Origin: Promethearchaeota archaeon
GTDB taxonomy: Archaea > Asgardarchaeota > Lokiarchaeia > Sigyniarchaeales > SOKP01
Assembly: GCA_030599585.1 (NCBI GenBank)
Contig: JAUVNS010000002.1
Span: 192,001 to 256,000, forward strand
Reading direction: 5' to 3'
DNA length: 64,000 bases
Notes under the pieces: generated by a model
Database searches by the model: none
Told to the model about the DNA's origin: nothing
Seen by the model: the letters and a program-made list of their open reading frames with translations, nothing else
Position numbers and translations under genes: made by a program
Shown: in pieces, positions 58,825-64,000 of the stretch
Layout of the letters: the number at the start of each line of letters is the position of its first letter
Position numbering within the stretch: position 1 is the stretch's first letter

Positions 58825-58894
58825 TCCGAATACTCTCGCTGGGAGTCAGTTACCTTCTAACTAGATTTTTTTAGAAGGATCATTCTCATTCGGA
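58825..58894 (-). promoter_or_regulatory. Candidate SECIS element (eukaryote-like K-turn core) in the 3' UTR of mvhD
   Basis: mRNA: UCCGAAU GAG AAU GAU CCUUCUAA AAAAAUCUAG UUAGAAGG UAAC UGA CUC CCAGCGAGAGU AUUCGGA. AUGAU/UGAC core, 8-bp upper stem, A-rich apical loop, 7-bp closing stem. Confidence 0.75.
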
Positions 58895-58902
58895 TTAATT
58901 TT

Positions 58903-59313
58903 TTATTTTGGTAGAGGAGGAAGTTTTTCAACTTTACTCGTGATATCTTCTACAGATTTAATGAATTTATCAACTTCCGCTGCCGAGCAAAAATATTGTT
59001 GAATCCTTTCTTCAGCTAGACCTAGATGGCTAAATAATCTTTTTAAAAATTTAACATGGTCATAAGTATTCATGTTTCCATTTCCAAATTCGCATTCACC
59101 CTCTTTTCAATAAATGATAGCGACTCCATCAGCTCCATTTAAGAAACTCTCCATAATTAGATGAATTCCTATTCTTCCCGTACACCTAACTCGTATTAAA
59201 TGGAAATTAGTGGAATAAGATTTTCTCGTAGTACCAGTTAAATCTGCTGCTGAATAACCTCATTTTTCGCATCCAAAACCTATTATTTTTCTTTCATTTG
59301 TAATTTCTGTCAT
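58903..59313 (-). CDS. mvhD: MvhD/VhuD [2Fe-2S] subunit, selenoprotein with 2 in-frame UGA (absent from the ORF track)
   Basis: MTEITNERKIIGFGCEK-U-GYSAADLTGTTR..IRVRCTGRI..NGADGVAIIY-U-KEGECEFGNGN..ERI..CSAAE..LPPLPK, 136 aa. TGA at 59260-62 and 59107-09 fall at conserved Cys positions; ends in TAA. Confidence 0.92.
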
Positions 59314-59334
59314 CAATTATTACACCCTTCTTTT

Positions 59335-61335
59335 TTAGTTTTCAATTATTGTTGATTCTTTTTGATTACTATCTATTTCACTCTTTCCGATTCCTTTGAT
59401 TTCAGCTTCAAATTGACGATCTCGATAATATTTAAGATCAATCGCTCTTGCTGGGCAAGATGATATGCATACTCCGCATCCTTTACATTTTAATTCATCA
59501 ACTTGAGCAATTTCATTATCATCTATGCTGATTGCCTTATATTCGCATACTTTTTCACATCTATGACATCCTAAACATAAAGTCTCATCTACTTCAGCAA
59601 TGATTAATTCTTGTATAATAGTTTTATGAGAAAGTAAAGCAGCAGCTTTGCTAGCAGCAGCTAGGGCTGTAGAAACGGAATATGGAATGTTTTTTGGTCC
59701 GGCTGCGCATCCACAAATATAAATCCCAATGTTTTTTGTTTCTTGTGGTTTCAAACAGCCATGAATTTCAGATAGAAACCCGTTTGGGCCTTTTCCTAAA
59801 CCCAATACTTCAATTGCTTCAATAGTCCCTTTTGAAGGGTTCATCCCAGTAGATAATACAACCATATCAGCTTTAATTTTCGTAAGTTCCCCAGTTAAAG
59901 AGGAATAAGCGCGTACCATTAAATTATGGTCATCATCCTCGGTCAACTCCCCAACTTTTCCCCGTATCATTCTAACATCAGCTTCTCTAATTGTTCTATA
60001 ATATTCCTCGTTGCCCTTATCAGTTGTCCTAATGTCAATATAGTATATTATAACATCCATTTCGGGATACTCTTGTTTTAGCAATTGAGCATTTTTAAGA
60101 GCAACACTGCAGCAAACAAATGAACAATAAGGATTCGCTTTTAGCGATCTAGAACCTACGCATTGTATCATCACAACTGTTTTAGGTGTTTTTCCGTCAG
60201 ATATTCTATAAATGTGTCCCCCTGTTGGACCAATTGGGCTAAGCATACTCTCTAATTCGATCTGAGTAATAATATTTGGATATATGCCATAATTGTATTC
60301 ATTTGTCTCTATAATTGGGTATTCATCGTATCCTGTAGCAACGATAACAGCCCCTACTTTAACTTCAATAATTTCGGGTTCTTGTTCAAATTCTATTGCT
60401 TCTGCAGGACAAATTCGTTCTCAATTTTTACAATCTATGCACACACTTTTATCCATAACAGCATATTTCGGGACTGCTTGAGGAAAAGGGATAAAAATTG
60501 CACCTCTTTCGCCAATTCCGCTATAAAATTCATTAGGGACATTTATAGGGCATTTTGTAGTACACAAGCCGCATCCAGTACACAATTTTTCATTCACATA
60601 CCTTGGATTTTTACGTATCGTAACGTTGTAATCTCCTGTTATACCGCTAAACTTGATAATATCGCTATAGGTGAAAAGTTCGATATTGGGATGTTTTGAA
60701 GCGTTAACCATAATGGGGGCAAGAACTCATATACCACAATCATCTGTAGGGTAGATCCTATCTAATTGGGCCATCTTACCTCCAACAGTTGGTTGTTTTT
60801 CAACTAAGTAGACTTGTATCCCATGGTCTGCTAAATCTAAAGCTGCGTTCATTCCAGCAATTCCCGCACCTATTACTAATGCCGCTCTTTCTACAGATAT
60901 CTCCTTATAAGGGATGCTTTCTAATTCCCGAGCTCTATTTATACCAGCATGAACTAATCGTTTTGCTTTTTCGGTTGCGTTTTTAATATCACCTTGATGA
61001 ACAAACGAGCAGTGCTCCCTAAGATTTACCATTTCAAAGAAGTAAGGGCTTAAACCTGCTTCCCGTAAAACTGCACGGTAAGTAGGCTCGTGAATCTTAG
61101 GAGTGCAGGCTGCTACGACTATTCGATTCAAATCAAGCTCTAGAATGTCATTTTTGATGGTTTGTTGTCCAGGATCGCTACAAGTGAAATTGTTCGTCCT
61201 AGCGATAACCACATTAGGTAACGGTTCAACAAAATCTCTAACTGCATCACAATCAAGGTGAGCTCCAATATTTACACCTCATCTACACACATAAACTCCT
61301 ATTCTTATCTTGTCAATGGTCTGTTTTTCAGACAA
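59335..61335 (-). CDS. hdrA: Heterodisulfide reductase subunit A, selenoprotein with 3 in-frame UGA (fragmented in the ORF track)
   Basis: One frame from TTG 61335 (GGTGA RBS) to TAA 59335, 666 aa: RIGVYVCR-U-GVNIG (61279-81), PTDDCGI-U-VLAP (60727-29), CIDCKN-U-ERICP (60421-23). Also VVAACTP, NLREHCSFVH, GAGIAG, IQCVGSR, YCSFVCC. Confidence 0.94.
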
Positions 61336-61577
61336 TTAAATCACCTTTGGTTAAAACATCACCCAAATAATAAATTGCTTCTAGTTCTATTTTTAATTTT
61401 AATAAAACCTTTTTGTGTTTGGAAATTATTGCATTAATTTATTTTTTCTGGTTAAGCTGATAAATTCTAACCAATTTTATCAATATCTTATACAAATATC
61501 TAATTATAAATCTACGAGATTTAATTCAAGATTTTAATCACATTAAGTTTTTTATGGATTTTTCATTGGATCTAATT

Positions 61578-61763
61578 ATGGTGGAGCAAGAAGAAAACAA
61601 AAAAGAAGAATTTGCTCGAGAATTTATGACCGAGGAAGGTCTGAAAGGTAAAGCAAGGAGAATAAAAATCATGACCATTATCGATAAAGTAGGATACGAT
61701 AAAGCAAAAATAAAAGTTGCTTATCTCCGGTCAACTATAACTGAAAGAATTCACCATGAATAA
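61578..61763 (+). CDS. Small basic hypothetical protein
   Basis: MVEQEENKKEEFAREFMTEEGLKGKARRIKIM...; 61 aa from ATG 61578 (69 aa from 61554). Confidence 0.65.
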   Translation: MVEQEENKKEEFAREFMTEEGLKGKARRIKIMTIIDKVGYDKAKIKVAYLRSTITERIHHE

Positions 61764-61856
61764 TTCTTTTATTTTTTAACACGCAAAAATTATTTGCATA
61801 AATTAATTTAATGATTGTTTATAATAGAACTTAGAAATTTTATATTATAATGAGAT

Positions 61857-63146
61857 TTGACTTTGAGAGACATAGAAGATTTTAGAGCTAATATAGATGC
61901 TATCATCGAAACTGAAAAAAAAAGATTTAAAGACCCACAAAATGCCAAGAAAGTTCTAGAATTCGATATATTGTGGAGAAATGTACTCCAAGAAATTCAA
62001 GATTTAAGAAAGCAAAGAAATGACTTCTCTAACGAGATAAGTCGGTTCAAAAAATCCGGTGAGCAGGAAAAAGCTAATACTGCAATCGAAAAATCAAAAC
62101 AAGTTAAAGAAACAATCGATGAACTTGAGAAAAAAAGGATTGTGTACCTTGAGGAACGAGAAAAATTTAGATATATAATCGGAAACGACTTACACAAATC
62201 CGTTCCAATTGGAGAAACAGAGGAAAACAATGTCATTATCAGGGAATATGGTGAGATACCCATATTTGACTTTAAACCATCCTCACATGTCAACATTATT
62301 CGTGATATAGGTGGTGCTGACACAAAGAAAGCTTCTGAAGTAGTAGGATCTCGATTTTACTACTTGAGAGGTGACATAGTTTTACTTAATTTGGCACTCA
62401 TTAGATTTGCTTTAGATAAATTAATTAGTAAAGGGTATGAACCTTTATGGACACCTTTTTTCATAAAACACGAAGTAATGAAGGCTGCAGCAGAATTAGG
62501 AGATTTTGAGGAATCCCTCTATAAAATACAAGACGAGGATCTCTATATGATTGCAACTTCAGAGCAAACTCTAGCTGCTTTTCATTACGATGAAATTTTA
62601 GATCCCGATTTACTCCCTTTAAAGTATGCCGGAATATCTTCTTGCTTCAGAAGAGAAGCAGGTTCCCATGGGAAAGACACATTAGGTATATTTCGAGTAC
62701 ACCAGTTTGAAAAGGTTGAGCAATATATTTTCTGTAAACCTGAAGACTCTTGGGACATTTTTACGGAGTTAATATCGAATGCAGAAGAAATCTATAAAGA
62801 GTTAGAAATACCATTTCGAATTGTTAACATCGCATCTGGTGAATTAAATGACAACGCTGCCCAAAAATACGATTTAGAAGCGTGGTTCCCATCATCCGGC
62901 AAATATCGAGAATTAGGTTCATGTAGTAATTGTTTAGATTATCAAGCAAGGAAGTTAAAAGTACGTATAGGTAAAGTAGGTGCTACTCAAAAGAAAGAAA
63001 TAGCACATACTCTTAATTGCACTGCGATTGCTACAGAGCGTACAATTTGTTGCATTTTAGAAAATTACCAAAACCAAGATGGGACAGTTTCAATACCTAC
63101 AGTCCTTCAAAAATATATGAATGGGAAAAAAATATTAAACTCATAA
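61857..63146 (+). CDS. serS: Seryl-tRNA synthetase (canonical type)
   Basis: N-terminal coiled coil, GSRFYYL, IATSEQ, CFRREAGSHGKDTLGIFRVHQFEKVEQ, KYDLEAWFP, HTLNCTAIATER. Confidence 0.97.
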   Translation: MTLRDIEDFRANIDAIIETEKKRFKDPQNAKKVLEFDILWRNVLQEIQDLRKQRNDFSNEISRFKKSGEQEKANTAIEKSKQVKETIDELEKKRIVYLEEREKFRYIIGNDLHKSVPIGETEENNVIIREYGEIPIFDFKPSSHVNIIRDIGGADTKKASEVVGSRFYYLRGDIVLLNLALIRFALDKLISKGYEPLWTPFFIKHEVMKAAAELGDFEESLYKIQDEDLYMIATSEQTLAAFHYDEILDPDLLPLKYAGISSCFRREAGSHGKDTLGIFRVHQFEKVEQYIFCKPEDSWDIFTELISNAEEIYKELEIPFRIVNIASGELNDNAAQKYDLEAWFPSSGKYRELGSCSNCLDYQARKLKVRIGKVGATQKKEIAHTLNCTAIATERTICCILENYQNQDGTVSIPTVLQKYMNGKKILNS

Positions 63147-63163
63147 ATTAAAATTGATCAACC

Positions 63164-64000
63164 ATGATTGAAGTTTTATTAGAAGAATTTGAAGATTATT
63201 ATAAAGAACAGCTCGAATCACAATTTTTTAAGGTAAAAAAAGCGGTTAAAAAGCTATTATCTGATATCAACGCAAGTTTACTTGAAATTAAGGTGTGTAC
63301 CGATCATTTCATAGAAGCTGGAGAAGGTAATATAGATGATAAAGCTCTTAAATCATTACACCTATTTTCTGATAAAATAAGAAAGGAAATCGATGAAGTT
63401 GGAGTACCAGAAGAAGAGATCACATACGACGCGATGTATAATCTTTTAAACTCGATTAAAAAACTGTTTACTAACATTAACGATATAGCAAAAAAATCGA
63501 TCCCTAAATTTCAAAAAGAGTTACAGTCTGAAATTAAGGAATTAAGTTATATCACTCGCAAATTAGGTAACAAGCAAAAGGTTTTAGACGAATTTCTAAG
63601 AAAAAAATATACGGATGTAAAAGATGCAGAATATCTACTGAAAAAGTTACCGAAATTGTTTGCTCTGAAAGAAAATATTGAAAACGCTAAATCTGACTTA
63701 GATGGGTTCGAAAAAGAGTTAGAAGAGCGACAATCGGAGCAAGAAAATTTAACAGAAGCTCTCAAAAAAATCGAAAAAAATGAGCTTTTTAAAGAACAAG
63801 ATCAGCTGGAAGCTAAGTTAGCTCGTTTAAGAATGGATATTAACAATCAGTTTGGATTTAAAAAAGCTCTTAAAAAGTTGAAATTTGAATTAGAAAAAGA
63901 TACAATGCACATTCCAAATATCAACATTTATTTCTTGAGAGACTTTTTAAAGAACCCAATTAATACGTTAGTTAATGATAGCAGAGATTTACCTAAATTT
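63164..64000 (+). CDS. Coiled-coil hypothetical protein, truncated by the window end
   Basis: Open frame of 279 codons from ATG 63164 (MIEVLLEEFEDYYKEQLESQFFKVKKAVKKLL...); K/E/L-rich heptads. Confidence 0.8.
   Translation, partial: MIEVLLEEFEDYYKEQLESQFFKVKKAVKKLLSDINASLLEIKVCTDHFIEAGEGNIDDKALKSLHLFSDKIRKEIDEVGVPEEEITYDAMYNLLNSIKKLFTNINDIAKKSIPKFQKELQSEIKELSYITRKLGNKQKVLDEFLRKKYTDVKDAEYLLKKLPKLFALKENIENAKSDLDGFEKELEERQSEQENLTEALKKIEKNELFKEQDQLEAKLARLRMDINNQFGFKKALKKLKFELEKDTMHIPNINIYFLRDFLKNPINTLVNDSRDLPKF

Noticed and set aside
58903-61335. hdrA/mvhD as pseudogenes, or genome-wide UGA reassignment
   Set aside because: All five interruptions are TGA at conserved Cys positions with no frameshifts, and several other genes in the window terminate at TGA.
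17-63765. Many short antisense or overlapping ORFs in the track (e.g. 660-1139, 30665-31099, 52787-53209, 55534-55728, 63547-63765)
   Set aside because: Most are shadow frames of well-supported genes on the opposite strand; the rest are low-complexity AT-rich ORFs without motifs.
1-64000. CRISPR arrays, tRNA/rRNA genes, IS elements
   Set aside because: No regularly spaced repeats, cloverleaf/T-loop signatures, long GC-rich RNA genes or transposase ORFs were seen by eye.

Overview
AT-rich (~30% GC) archaeal chromosome segment, most likely from an Asgard archaeon of the Lokiarchaeia type. This is an inference from the archaeal uS13/uS4/uS11 and A-type ATPase genes, GGTGA Shine-Dalgarno sites, and UGA-containing hdrA/mvhD followed by a eukaryote-like SECIS. 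Content: start of the A1Ao ATPase operon (H-E-F-A); hexosamine genes (glmS, nagB, glmM) around an NLR-like DUF4062-NACHT-TPR gene; an AGPS-like flavoprotein/CCG/FGGY-kinase operon; purC and purSQL; a tandemly duplicated dppBC pair; iorAB; two PadR loci; an FG-GAP + 7TM membrane protein; beta-oxidation genes; an orphan N6-adenine methyltransferase; nadE; rps13-rps4-rps11; hdrA-mvhD-frhB; and serS. The ORF track misses several things. (1) A 53-aa ribbon-helix-helix transcription factor gene (40730-40923) is split by a 32-nt insert whose ends fold into a bulge-helix-bulge motif with cut sites that exactly restore the frame. It is a candidate non-spliceosomal mRNA intron in a regulator, and is the top finding. 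(2) A selenoprotein operon has five in-frame UGA codons at conserved Cys positions (3 in HdrA, 2 in MvhD) and one downstream K-turn SECIS-like element. (3) uS4 and AtpF appear to start at non-canonical ATC and ATA codons. (4) There is a 57-aa membrane protein and a probable decayed gene. No rRNA, tRNA, CRISPR array or transposase was recognised.
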